Positions 9,824 through 19,387 of a stretch of 64,000 bases of DNA are shown in pieces. The position numbers and the translations under genes were made by a program. Each line of letters opens with the position of its first letter. The stretch's first letter is position 1. Under the pieces are notes generated by a model, which worked only from the letters and a program-made list of their open reading frames with translations, was not told the origin of the DNA and did no database searches. This DNA comes from Acidobacteriota bacterium (GTDB taxonomy: Bacteria > Acidobacteriota > UBA6911 > RPQK01 > JAJDTT01), in assembly GCA_965263035.1 (NCBI GenBank), contig OZ253580.1:4448001-4512000 (forward strand), written 5' to 3'.

Positions 9824-10984
9824 TCAAATCAATTCGGTTTCGACGTCCCGAGCCGGACTGGCTGAGTAGCGGCAGGCAATCTCGTCTACGATCCGGACCA
9901 TCCGCTCATGGTGCTCCTCCATGGATTCCACCACTTTGAACTGGGCACGGCAGCGATCCAGGTTCTGGCCCTCCCGGTGGACCTTGAAATAGACGTCCCC
10001 TTCCAAATGGTCGGTGAGGAAGCGGAGTCCCAACTCGTAAGCGATGAGCTTTCCCGAGAAGGGGAGATATTGTCGCTCCACAGGAGTGAGGAAGCCGACG
10101 GTCTCCGAAAGGTACCCGCGAGCGAGAGCCTTGAAGTGAGGCAACTCGACACCCACTCTCGAGAGGTCGCGCTCGTCTTCCTGATGGGTTCCGCAGCCGC
10201 TGCGCATCAGGTCTCCGAAATCATGATCGGACAGGCCGGGCATGACCGTGTCCAGGTCGATGACGCAAAGCATCTTGCCGGTCATCGCGTCCAAGAGGAC
10301 GTTGTTGATCTTGGAGTCGTTGTGAGTGACCCTCTCGGGTAGCCGTCCCTGTTCCCGCAGGCGGGGCAGGACCCGGATCAGCCGCTTGGAGGAGTGGGCG
10401 AAGCGGATCTGCTCCTGGACTTCCCGGGCTCGATTGCAAGGGTCCCGGTCGAGCGCCGAAAGGAACTGCCGGTAACGGTGCTCCGTATCGTGGAAGCCGG
10501 GTATGGTTTCGACGAGGCGCGGGGACGGTAGATCCAGGAGAAGTTTCTGGAAACGCCCGAAGGCGCGACCTGCTTCATAGGCGATCCGGGGAGAGGTGAC
10601 GGTGTCGAAGATCGAGGCGCCCTCGACGAAGTCGTAGGTGCGCCAGTAATTTCCCTCGGCATCTCGATGGAAGCTGGACCCGTCGTTTGTCGGCACCAGA
10701 GACAGGGAGCGGCGCCCCACATCCTCAGCTCCCGCCTGCCGCAGCTTGTGCTCGAGATGCCGGGTGACCCTTACAATGTTCTTCATCAGGGCGGGCGGGT
10801 TCCGGAAGACTCTCTGGTTGATCCGCTGGTGAACGTAGCGTTTCCACCGGCCGCGATGCCAATAGCTGGCCAGGTAGGTGTCATTGATGTGGCCGTTCCC
10901 ATAGGGATGGATCCGGACCAGGTCGCCGCGCACAGAAAAACAAGAGCTGACGGCCGCGAGATCACCTTGGTGCTGCCGGTTCAT
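9824..10984 (-). CDS. Phosphotransferase (APH superfamily, N-acetylhexosamine 1-kinase-like)
   Basis: GNGHINDTY, HNDSKINN, IDLDTVMPG, RFLTDHLEGDVYF motifs; the N-terminal extension in the ORF track lies in element B2. Confidence 0.85.
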   Translation of the reverse strand: MNRQHQGDLAAVSSCFSVRGDLVRIHPYGNGHINDTYLASYWHRGRWKRYVHQRINQRVFRNPPALMKNIVRVTRHLEHKLRQAGAEDVGRRSLSLVPTNDGSSFHRDAEGNYWRTYDFVEGASIFDTVTSPRIAYEAGRAFGRFQKLLLDLPSPRLVETIPGFHDTEHRYRQFLSALDRDPCNRAREVQEQIRFAHSSKRLIRVLPRLREQGRLPERVTHNDSKINNVLLDAMTGKMLCVIDLDTVMPGLSDHDFGDLMRSGCGTHQEDERDLSRVGVELPHFKALARGYLSETVGFLTPVERQYLPFSGKLIAYELGLRFLTDHLEGDVYFKVHREGQNLDRCRAQFKVVESMEEHHERMVRIVDEIACRYSASPARDVETELI

Positions 10985-11037
10985 TCCTGCGCCTTTCATG
11001 AGAGGCCGCGGCAATCGCCATGAATTCGGGGATTCCA

Positions 11038-11198
11038 GGAGCCTGCGCCGCAGAAATTGATCTACTGCGAAAGCGGTAGAATCGGTCCATATTTCCCCGA
11101 TTTCTCGGCGAATAGAACAACTATGCACCTCAAAATCGAGAAAATCTGGCCTCGATTCCCCACTTTCTCGCTACGATCATTTCTACCGCGCAGACTCC
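11038..11198. mobile_element. Family B miniature element, copy B2 (161 bp)
   Basis: GGAGCCTGCG...CGCAGACTCC followed by TAG; near-identical to B1 and B3. Confidence 0.92.
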
Positions 11199-11226
11199 TA
11201 GCGCTGACGATCCTGAAGGCATGGGC

Positions 11227-11420
11227 GAGAGAGAGGAAAGAGAAAAGAGGGGAGAGGAAAGAGAGAGGAGAGGTGTTCGCACAACGGGGAAGAGCGCGAG
11301 AAAACGATCTGGCCGGGTACGCTCAGGCAAGCCTGGCTCGACGCCCTGTTTCTCCAATGACTTCGCTGGCTGCAGGCAAGTAGGAGACCTTCCGTCTTCA
11401 CTCTTTCCTCTTTCCTTCCT
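11227..11420. repeat. 47-nt all-purine heptamer tract (GAGGAAA-like) with a complementary pyrimidine tract at 11401-11420
   Basis: gagagagaggaaagagaaaagaggggagaggaaagagagaggagagg and ctctttcctctttccttcct read directly. Confidence 0.7.
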
Positions 11421-12871
11421 CACAAGGGATAGACACGGCGGCCCAGCCGCTCGTATTTGAGGGCGTCCGGACTGTGCACTCCCGGCTCCGATACGGCCTG
11501 GATCTGACCGGCCCATGCTTCGAAGCCAGCCCGGAAGTGCGCAGCCGATTTCAAGCCGATGTATCGCATTTGCCTGGGATCGAGCCCCAAAGTCAGCGAA
11601 AAGGCGGTGTCGAAGGGCTGCTCCCGGACACTGACCAGCAGCACGTGGACGCCGTCGACTCGGATCCGGGCCGAGACTCCCATATTTCCACGGAGACCGG
11701 CGTACATGGGACCGTTGTAGGCGAATGCTCCGTCAGAAACAGCTTCGACTACGGCCTCCACGGGGACCGGCGGCCCCTGTCTGGGCGTCGATTTCCCGCC
11801 AACCTGGAGCGATACGGTGGCGCCGACACCGGCGCGATGACAAGCCAGCACGGATTCGTGATCCACGATGTAGAGGATGCAGGCATCCTTGAGCCCAGAG
11901 TCCAGAAAGGTTCTGAGCATGCCGGTGCTGTCCCCCGGAGAACCGCCGCCCGTATTGTCGTTTCTGTCCGCGAAGACCGCGGGATATCGGCCCAACATCT
12001 CCGCCTTGGCCAGGGCTTCCCGGGTCGAGGGGAGATGCTGTTGCCAATCGGCCCGGCGGCGATAGATCCACGCCGCCAGTTCGTCGGCGTGGCGTTGAGC
12101 CGAGGCGCGGTCGTTGTCCGTGACCACGTGTACCGAGGCCCCCACGTGGGGTGCGTCAGCCAAGGGAAAACAGGTGGCGATGGATGCGGCCACGACGCCC
12201 GGTTCGGCCTCCAATCGGTGCAGGCGCTCGATGGCTTCGCTCATGGGCGGGTGTGCGGTCACCTGGTTCAGACCCCAGAACATGGGGATCTGGGACAGGG
12301 CCATGGTGGGACGGAGACCGTCCCTGACGATCCGGACCATCACGTCAGCGCACTCCCGGCCCCGCGCCGCCATGTCCACCTCGGGGTAGGTTTCTCGTCC
12401 GATGAGGGCGTCGGCCAGTTCGACCATGCGGTGCGAGACGTTGGAGTGGATGTCCAACTGTCCGACGATGGGAACCTCCGGGCCCACCAGATCTCGAACC
12501 GCCGCCAGGATGTAGGCCTCGCCGTCGTCGATGCCTTCGGCCACCATGGAGCCGTGGAGCTCCAGCAGGATCCCGTCCGCCGGAGACGCGGCCTTCATCA
12601 GACCCAACATCCGGTCCAGGAGGCGGTCCAGGTCTCGCCTGGGGACGGGGCCGCTGGGATGGGCTTCGGCGAAAATGGTAGGCACCAGCTCGAAGCCGTG
12701 TGCTTCAGCCGCCTCGATGAAACCGCCGGTGGGAATGTTGACACCCCGAAACGCCGGGATGATCTGGTCGGGTTGAAGCTCCCCGAATCTCTCGCTGAAG
12801 CTCTGCATGGTGGTGGGAATGGGAGTGAAGGTGCTGGTTTCGTGGCTGATGGTGCCGCTGAGGATCTTCAT
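11420..12871 (-). CDS. M81 family metallopeptidase (MlrC-like)
   Basis: ISHETSTF, LELHGSM, LDIHSN, TYPEVDM, DNTGGGSPGD, KSAAHFRA motifs. Confidence 0.92.
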   Translation of the reverse strand: MKILSGTISHETSTFTPIPTTMQSFSERFGELQPDQIIPAFRGVNIPTGGFIEAAEAHGFELVPTIFAEAHPSGPVPRRDLDRLLDRMLGLMKAASPADGILLELHGSMVAEGIDDGEAYILAAVRDLVGPEVPIVGQLDIHSNVSHRMVELADALIGRETYPEVDMAARGRECADVMVRIVRDGLRPTMALSQIPMFWGLNQVTAHPPMSEAIERLHRLEAEPGVVAASIATCFPLADAPHVGASVHVVTDNDRASAQRHADELAAWIYRRRADWQQHLPSTREALAKAEMLGRYPAVFADRNDNTGGGSPGDSTGMLRTFLDSGLKDACILYIVDHESVLACHRAGVGATVSLQVGGKSTPRQGPPVPVEAVVEAVSDGAFAYNGPMYAGLRGNMGVSARIRVDGVHVLLVSVREQPFDTAFSLTLGLDPRQMRYIGLKSAAHFRAGFEAWAGQIQAVSEPGVHSPDALKYERLGRRVYPL

Positions 12872-13011
12872 CGGATCAGTCTCCACTCATGCCGTGATCT
12901 GTCCGCGGCCGATCGGAATACCCTGGTTCCGCGTGCGATCTGTAAATTCAAGATCATCATTCCATAAAGGTCTGATAGACACGGCCGGCCTGAATCGGCG
13001 AGGTGTCGGAT

Positions 13012-13036
13012 TGTGACGACTTTTACCACGGACTGG
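13012..13036 (+). repeat. Family A right-end remnant
   Basis: TGTGACGACTTTTACCACGGACTGG followed by TA matches the family A terminal repeat. Confidence 0.75.
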
Positions 13037-13048
13037 TAAACTCCAGGA

Positions 13049-13822
13049 GTGTTGCGAATTCATAGAGCCAGTCGCCTCCTGAAAGCGCGGGGAATTCGCG
13101 TCGGATTCGGATGGGTCTTATTGTGGCTCCTGCTGACTCCCCCGCAGACTCGTGCAAGCGATTGGTTTGCCGTGTTCAACGGAGAGAATCTGGAGGGGTG
13201 GGAGTCCGTCGGGTCGGGCCTCTGGAACCCCACTCCCGAAGGCTATCTGCTGGGCCAGTGGGACCCCTTCGATCTGCCCGATCCCGAACCCTGGCTCAAT
13301 GGGCTGAAGGGGCGTCTGAACCGCTCCCGGTTCAAGACCGATTTCAAGGTCGTCATCAACCAGGCCTGGCTCTATACCCGCCGGGAATTCTACGAATACG
13401 ACCTTCATCTGGAGTGGAAGGTCCCCCCGGGCGGCAACAGCGGCATTGCATTGCACGATCCGAGCCGGGGGCGCTATACGTCCGGTCCCGAGGCCGACCT
13501 TGCCCGAACCCCGTCCCAGATCGCCTACGAAGTCCAGATCGTCAATCTGGACGTGGAGCAGGATCCCACGGGGAGCATCTACATGGTCCAGTCGGCACGC
13601 GAGGACTTCCGAAATGAGGATGACTGGAACGTGTTCGACATCGAGGTTCGGCGGGGATTGATTCGGGTCCGCCTCAACGGACACCTGGTCACCGAGGGAA
13701 CTCCGATTCCCGGACGTCCCGAATCAGGACCCATCGGCATCCAACTCCACGATCCCGCCAGCGTCATTCTGTTGCGGGACATCCGGATTCGAGAGCTGAC
13801 CCCGGCCACGACTCGCGAGTAA
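13049..13822 (+). CDS. DUF1080 (3-keto-disaccharide hydrolase-like) secreted protein
   Basis: VFNGENLEGW, GGNSGI, YEVQI, TGSIY, GPIGIQLH motifs; start uncertain. Confidence 0.85.
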   Translation: MLRIHRASRLLKARGIRVGFGWVLLWLLLTPPQTRASDWFAVFNGENLEGWESVGSGLWNPTPEGYLLGQWDPFDLPDPEPWLNGLKGRLNRSRFKTDFKVVINQAWLYTRREFYEYDLHLEWKVPPGGNSGIALHDPSRGRYTSGPEADLARTPSQIAYEVQIVNLDVEQDPTGSIYMVQSAREDFRNEDDWNVFDIEVRRGLIRVRLNGHLVTEGTPIPGRPESGPIGIQLHDPASVILLRDIRIRELTPATTRE

Positions 13823-13833
13823 CGTCTGCCCGT

Positions 13834-14589
13834 TCAATGGGCCAGATACCCGCCGTCAATGGGCAGCGCCAGGCCGTTGACGTAGGCAGCGGCGTCGCTA
13901 CAGAGCCACACGGCCGCTTCCGCAATCTCGTCCGGAGTCCCGAATCGAGCCATGGGGATAAATTGCGCCATGCGCTCCGACCGTTCGGGGTCGGCCCCCA
14001 GCAGCCGATCGGTCATCGGTGTCTGGATGGCTCCCGGACAGAGCGCGTTGATCCGGATCCCTTTGGCTCCGTACTCGACGGCGGCGGTCCTGGTCAGGCC
14101 GAGCACTCCGTGCTTGCTGGCGATGTAGGCGGACATGCCGCCCCGGGAGCCGACCAGGCCGGCGGTCGAGGAGGTGTTGACGATGGCCCCTTTGCCCTGT
14201 TTCAGCATCTGGCGCAACTCGTACTTCATGCAGAGCCAGGTCCCCTTGAGATTGACCTGGATGATCCGGTCCCACACCGTATCCGGGTACTCGTGCAATC
14301 GGGCGATGGCACCCTCGATGGCCGCATTGTTGAACCCGCAATCCAGCCTTCCATAGAAGTCGACAGCCTTCCGGATCAGGTGCTCGACCTGAGACGTGAC
14401 GGAGATGTCGGCCTGGATGAAGGTCGCCGGCGTCGGCATCATCTGCACGGTTTCGGCGCCTTTTCCCGGGTCGACATCGGAGACGACGACTCTGGCTCCG
14501 GCGCGGGCGAAGGCCAGAGCGGCGGCTCGACCGATTCCGGAACCGCCTCCGGTCACCAGGGCGACTCGGTCTCGAAGTGAATTCTTCAT
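13834..14589 (-). CDS. Classical SDR oxidoreductase
   Basis: TGGGSGIG, NNAA, YIASKHG, NALCPG motifs; real start MKNSLRDR, upstream part of the ORF is the antisense shadow of the PQQ gene. Confidence 0.92.
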   Translation of the reverse strand: MKNSLRDRVALVTGGGSGIGRAAALAFARAGARVVVSDVDPGKGAETVQMMPTPATFIQADISVTSQVEHLIRKAVDFYGRLDCGFNNAAIEGAIARLHEYPDTVWDRIIQVNLKGTWLCMKYELRQMLKQGKGAIVNTSSTAGLVGSRGGMSAYIASKHGVLGLTRTAAVEYGAKGIRINALCPGAIQTPMTDRLLGADPERSERMAQFIPMARFGTPDEIAEAAVWLCSDAAAYVNGLALPIDGGYLAH

Positions 14590-14697
14590 CGGGATCCGGC
14601 CTCCGTTGTGGCAGGGCGCCAAGTCTCTCACACTTTTCCCGAGCCCACATGCGCGTTGGCGACAGGGATGGAGCGGTTCTTTGGTACACTCCGGAGC

Positions 14698-16362
14698 ATG
14701 ATTCGATCCGCACGTGGATTCGGTTTCCCGGTGCCGGCCTTGATTCTGCTTGCCCTCGCGGCCGGAAGCATGCGGGGTCAGGATGGGCCCACCGGTGCGG
14801 ACTGGCCCCACTATGGCGGGAGCTACCAATTCTGGCGCTACAGCACCCTGGACCAGGTGAATCAGAAGACGGTGAAGAGACTGGTTCCGGTCTGGGCCTT
14901 CCAGACCGGAATCGTGGACGGCGGACTTCAGGCCACCCCCATCGTTCTGGACGGAGTCATGTATCTGACCTCGTCCTGGAACCGCGTCTTCGCCATCGAC
15001 GCCGCGACTGGCGAGGAGATCTGGCACTACTACTACGAGAACCCCCGGCAGATCGGGGTCATCTACAGCCCCTGGAACCGCGGCGTCGCGGTCTCGGGGC
15101 CGCGCGTCTTCATGGGGACTCTCGACAACCATGTCGTGGCCCTGGATCGGAAGACGGGCCGCGAGTTGTGGAAGGTCAACGTCGAGGATCTGAGACAGTG
15201 CGGCTGCAACATCACCGGGGCGCCGCTTGTGGTGAAGGACAAAGTGATCGTCGGCGTCACCGGGGGGGATTCGGCTCACCGGGGCTATCTGACCGCCTTC
15301 GACGCAGCCACCGGACGCCTGGCTTGGCGTTTCTACACCATCCCCGGTCCCGGAGAGAAGGGGCACGAGACTTGGGAAGGAGACAGCTGGACGTACGGAG
15401 GCGGAGCGACCTGGATGACCGGTTCCTACGATCCCCAGTTGGACCTCCTCTACTGGGGAGTGGGAAATCCGGCGGCCGACTTCTACGGGGGAGACCGGCG
15501 GGGAAGCAACCTGTACACCGACTCCGTCATCGCCTTGGATCCGGACACGGGAGAGCTCAAGTGGTACCACCAGCAGATCCCCCACGACGTGTGGGACTGG
15601 GACGCAGCCTACGAGTGCGTGCTGCTGGATCTGAAAGTGAATGGGAGAGACCGGAAGCTCCTCCTGAACACCAACAAAGGGGGCTACACCTACGTGGTGG
15701 ATCGGACCACCGGAGAGTTCATCTCAGCCTGGCCGGTCGTGGAACATCTGAATTGGATCGAAGGGGTGGGTCCGAACGGTGAACTGATCGGCCGCAATGA
15801 GCCGGTTCTGGACCAGGCCAAACTGATCTGCCCTTCCATCGGCGGTGGCAGGCAGTGGAACCAGGGCGCCTATTCTCCGCGCACCGGGTGGTACTACACG
15901 ACCGGCATCGAATGGTGTCAGGAGGTGACGGCCCGGGAGGAGGAGCCTCAGGAGGGGATGAACTTTTTTGGAGGCGTCTTCGAGTTGAAGGCGACGCCGG
16001 AAGTCGACCATCATGGACATCTGGACGCCTACGATCCGCTGACGGGGAAGAAGCACTGGAGCTACCGGTCCCCTTATCCCTTTCTGGCTTCACAGCTGGC
16101 CACGGCCGGGGACCTGATTTTCAGCGGTGACGCGGAGGGTCTCTTCTTCGCCCTGGACGCCATGACGGGACGGAAGCTGTGGAGCTTTCAGACCGGGTCG
16201 GGGCACCGGGGCTCGGCCATCACCTACTCGGTGGCGGGACGCCAGTTTATCGCCACCCCGTCCGGCTGGGGGTCGGCGGTGGCCGGCATTCTGCCCCAGC
16301 TCTGGCCCGAGACGGAGGATTTTCGGGCCGGGTCCACACTCTTCGTCTTCGCCCTGCCTTAA
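14698..16362 (+). CDS. PQQ-dependent dehydrogenase (alcohol/sugar type, beta-propeller), secreted
   Basis: DWPHYGG, QATPIV, YWGVGNP, HDVWDWD, CPSIGGG motifs and Trp-docking repeats. Confidence 0.92.
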   Translation: MIRSARGFGFPVPALILLALAAGSMRGQDGPTGADWPHYGGSYQFWRYSTLDQVNQKTVKRLVPVWAFQTGIVDGGLQATPIVLDGVMYLTSSWNRVFAIDAATGEEIWHYYYENPRQIGVIYSPWNRGVAVSGPRVFMGTLDNHVVALDRKTGRELWKVNVEDLRQCGCNITGAPLVVKDKVIVGVTGGDSAHRGYLTAFDAATGRLAWRFYTIPGPGEKGHETWEGDSWTYGGGATWMTGSYDPQLDLLYWGVGNPAADFYGGDRRGSNLYTDSVIALDPDTGELKWYHQQIPHDVWDWDAAYECVLLDLKVNGRDRKLLLNTNKGGYTYVVDRTTGEFISAWPVVEHLNWIEGVGPNGELIGRNEPVLDQAKLICPSIGGGRQWNQGAYSPRTGWYYTTGIEWCQEVTAREEEPQEGMNFFGGVFELKATPEVDHHGHLDAYDPLTGKKHWSYRSPYPFLASQLATAGDLIFSGDAEGLFFALDAMTGRKLWSFQTGSGHRGSAITYSVAGRQFIATPSGWGSAVAGILPQLWPETEDFRAGSTLFVFALP

Positions 16363-16522
16363 CAGCCCGTGGTAAAAGCCGCCGCGGCATTCGACCGTCC
16401 TTGCATCGTGCGCGGAATGCGTTGCGACTCGGTCACATACCCCCGGCATACTCCCTCATCGCGCCTTGTCCGGTGGGCGCTGGAACGGTCTCGGTGCTAG
16501 CGGGACTTTCACCACGGACTGT
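16362..16522 (-). mobile_element. Family A element, copy A2 (161 bp, TA duplication)
   Basis: ACAGCCCGTGGTAAAAG...CTTTCACCACGGACTGT, TA at 16360-61 and 16523-24; reverse orientation to A1. Confidence 0.9.
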
Positions 16523-16600
16523 TAACCCACGTTTCTGCCCAGGGAGCGTGATTATCACGCAGGACCGGTGAGGGCGCGCCAACTGCCGGCGGGCTACCTA

Positions 16601-16614
16601 GGAGTCTGCGCGGT
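16601..16614. repeat. Family B terminal remnant
   Basis: CCTA|GGAGTCTGCGCGGT matches the family B end and its CTAG-type flank; short. Confidence 0.55.
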
Positions 16615-16699
16615 GAACACTCCGGTCTATTCAGGTCCCGACTCAGCGCTCAATCCGAGCGGCGCGCCGGGGCCCCTAAAGCAGCTTGTTCCGCACCCA

Positions 16700-18922
16700 T
16701 CAAAGCCGATCGAAGCGGTCCAGAGTCATGACTTTCGTCCATGCCTTGATGAAGTCATGCACGAACTTTTCCTGCGCGTCGTCAGCCGCATAGAGCTCAG
16801 CAACTGCGCGCAGCTCAGAGTTGGAACCGAAGATCAGATCAACCGGAGTCGCTGTCCATTTGAGCTCACCCGTGGCATGATCGCGACCTTCATAAAGGCC
16901 TTCGGTGGATGACTTGGTCCACTGCGTCGACATGTCGATCAGGTTGACAAAGAAGTCGTTGCTCAGGGTGCCGGGACGGTCTGTGAACACGCCGTGAGCA
17001 GAGCCCCCCGCATTGGCATTCATGACTCGCATGCCGCCGACAAGTACCGTCATTTCAGAGGCCGTCAGGTTCAGCAGAGCCGCCTTCTCCACCAGCTTCT
17101 CCGCCGGAGATCGGGTGTCAGCGCTGGTGAAGTAGTTGCGGAATCCATCCGCGGTGGGCTCAAGCACGGCAAAGGAGTCCACGTCGGTCTGTTCCTGCAT
17201 GGCGTCCATGCGACCAGGTACAAAGGGCACATCCACGTCGACCCCGGCTCTCGCGGCCGCCTGCTCAATGGCAGCAGCACCGCCGAGAACGACCAGGTCC
17301 GCCAGAGAGACCCGTTTGTCGCCGGACCGAGCGCTGTTGAAATCACTCTGGATTCCCTCCAGGGTCTTCAACACGCGGTCCAGTTCAGCCGGATCGTTTA
17401 CAGCCCAATCCTTCTGCGGCGCGAGACGAATACGTGCCCCGTTGGCGCCACCGCGCATATCGGTCCCGCGGAAAATGGATGCCGAGGCCCAGGCGGCCCT
17501 GGCCAATTCGGCGGAAGACAGCCCGGAAGCAAGAATCTTATCTCTCAGCGCGGCCGCATCCTGTGCATCGATCAGGGTGTGATCGACTTCAGGAATCGGG
17601 TCTTGCCATACGAATTCCTGGTCGGGCGCCAGATCGCCGAGATAACGCGACCTGGGACCCAGGTCGCGGTGCGTCAGCTTGAACCATGCCCGGGCGAAAG
17701 CGTCTTCGAACTCTTCCGGGTTCTTGAGCCAGCGCGAGGTGACCTCGCGATAGGCCGGGTCGACTTTCAGGGCGAGGTCGGTGGTGAGCATCATCGGCGC
17801 ATGCCGTTTGGACTGATCGTGGGCATCCGGCACCAAGTCCGACGCGGCACCCCCAGCGGGCTTCCACTGGATTGCACCGGCGGGGCTCCGTGTCTGCTCC
17901 CACTCATAGCCGTACAAGTTCTCAAGGAAGTTATGAGTCCAGGCTGCGGGGTTTATGGTCCACGCACCTTCCAGGCCGCTGGTGATCGTGTCGGCCCGAT
18001 TGCCGGTGCCGTAGCTGTTTTTCCAACCTAATCCTTGGGCTTCGATATCGCCGCCCTCGGGCTCGGCACCTACGTACCGGGACGGATCGGCGGCGCCATG
18101 GGCTTTACCGAAGGTATGGCCGCCGGCAATCAGCGCAATCGTCTCTTCATCGTTCATCGCCATGCGGCCGAAAGCCTCACGGATGGCGTGAGCGGCTGCC
18201 TGCGGATCCGGATTTCCGCCCGGGCCCTGAGGATTCACGTAAATCAGGCCCATCTGAGAGGCGCCGAAAGGATGATTCAATTCTCCCTTCTCAGTTCTCC
18301 GGTCGGCGGCAAGCCACTGGCCCTCGGGTCCCCAGTTCACTTCTTCGGCTTGCCAAGCATCGATACGACCGCCGGCGAAACCCAGGGTCTCGAAGCCCAT
18401 GGACTCCATGGCGACGGTACCCGCGAGAATCAGCAGGTCGGCCCAGAAGATCTTGCGACCGTACTTTTGCTTGATCGGCCAGAGCAATCGGGTCGCTTTT
18501 TCCAGGTTTGCGTTGTCGGGCCAGCTGTTGAGCGGCGCGAAGCGTTGCAGCCCGCCGTCAGCGCCACCCCGGCCGTCGATGGTTCGATAGGTGCCTGCAC
18601 TGTGCCACGCCATACGAATGAAAAACGGCCCGTAGTGGCCATAGTCCGCTGGCCACCAGTCCTGCGAGGTCGTCATCAACGTTTCAAGATCTGCTTTCAG
18701 CGCCTTCAGGTCCAGACTCTCGAACGCCTCCGCATAGTTGAAGTCTTCGCCCAGGGGATTGGATTCCCGAGACGCTTGGCGCAGTGGATCGAGGCTCAGC
18801 CGGTTAGGCCACCAATAGTCATTGTCCGGTGCATCGTCCTTGGCAACCGCTACGCTGATCGGCATGACCGGAGAGATCCCAATCGTCAGCATCGCAAAAA
18901 CAGCTATGGTTCGTCTAAGCAT
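16700..18922 (-). CDS. katG: Catalase-peroxidase with N-terminal signal peptide
   Basis: [41 protein letters not shown] motifs; two peroxidase-like domains. Confidence 0.97.
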   Translation of the reverse strand: MLRRTIAVFAMLTIGISPVMPISVAVAKDDAPDNDYWWPNRLSLDPLRQASRESNPLGEDFNYAEAFESLDLKALKADLETLMTTSQDWWPADYGHYGPFFIRMAWHSAGTYRTIDGRGGADGGLQRFAPLNSWPDNANLEKATRLLWPIKQKYGRKIFWADLLILAGTVAMESMGFETLGFAGGRIDAWQAEEVNWGPEGQWLAADRRTEKGELNHPFGASQMGLIYVNPQGPGGNPDPQAAAHAIREAFGRMAMNDEETIALIAGGHTFGKAHGAADPSRYVGAEPEGGDIEAQGLGWKNSYGTGNRADTITSGLEGAWTINPAAWTHNFLENLYGYEWEQTRSPAGAIQWKPAGGAASDLVPDAHDQSKRHAPMMLTTDLALKVDPAYREVTSRWLKNPEEFEDAFARAWFKLTHRDLGPRSRYLGDLAPDQEFVWQDPIPEVDHTLIDAQDAAALRDKILASGLSSAELARAAWASASIFRGTDMRGGANGARIRLAPQKDWAVNDPAELDRVLKTLEGIQSDFNSARSGDKRVSLADLVVLGGAAAIEQAAARAGVDVDVPFVPGRMDAMQEQTDVDSFAVLEPTADGFRNYFTSADTRSPAEKLVEKAALLNLTASEMTVLVGGMRVMNANAGGSAHGVFTDRPGTLSNDFFVNLIDMSTQWTKSSTEGLYEGRDHATGELKWTATPVDLIFGSNSELRAVAELYAADDAQEKFVHDFIKAWTKVMTLDRFDRL

Positions 18923-19145
18923 CTAAGTCGTCTCCTGTAGGTGATTTGCCGTGATTTGACGTCCTTGCCAGGTTGAGGCCGGTTGACTCAAACTCATTGG
19001 CCTCAGTCTTTTCTTGGCGGGCCAAGAGATCCAGGGCCGCTCCCCCCAAGAGGAAAGGTGGACCGTACTCCCGTAACTCGTCACTCCGTTCCTCTGAATT
19101 TCTGTTCCCGACCCTGACGGAATTTTACCACGAAGCCACTTCGCG

Positions 19146-19250
19146 TACCGTCCGCTGAAGAACCTCTACAACGTCCGCCCGCAATGGCTCTGAGAGGCCC
19201 ACGAAGCCCTTGACGCCACGGTGCCTGCCGCGTACGGTTGGTCCGCAGAC
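19146..19250 (+). pseudogene. Remnant of the C-terminus of an MmeI-like (type IIL) restriction-modification enzyme
   Basis: Translates as YRPLKNLYNVRPQWL*EAHEALDATVPAAYGWSAD, matching the recalled family motif TLTNLYNxRPxWLxxAHxxLDxAVxxAYGW; internal stop, no upstream gene body. Confidence 0.75.
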
Positions 19251-19387
19251 GGCTTCGATGGTTCCGTAGATCCCGGTTTGGAAATGAGGGATAAAACGAG
19301 GGACGCATGGCTGAACGTCTGCTACCAAGTGACTTTGTTTCAATAATATACGAGTATTGGATCGCTATCCCCGCCTGAGAACGACCC

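Noticed and set aside
19125-19343. Minus-strand 72-aa ORF faintly resembling a hydrogenase maturation protease tail
   Set aside because: The plus-strand MmeI-like match over the same bases is much more specific.
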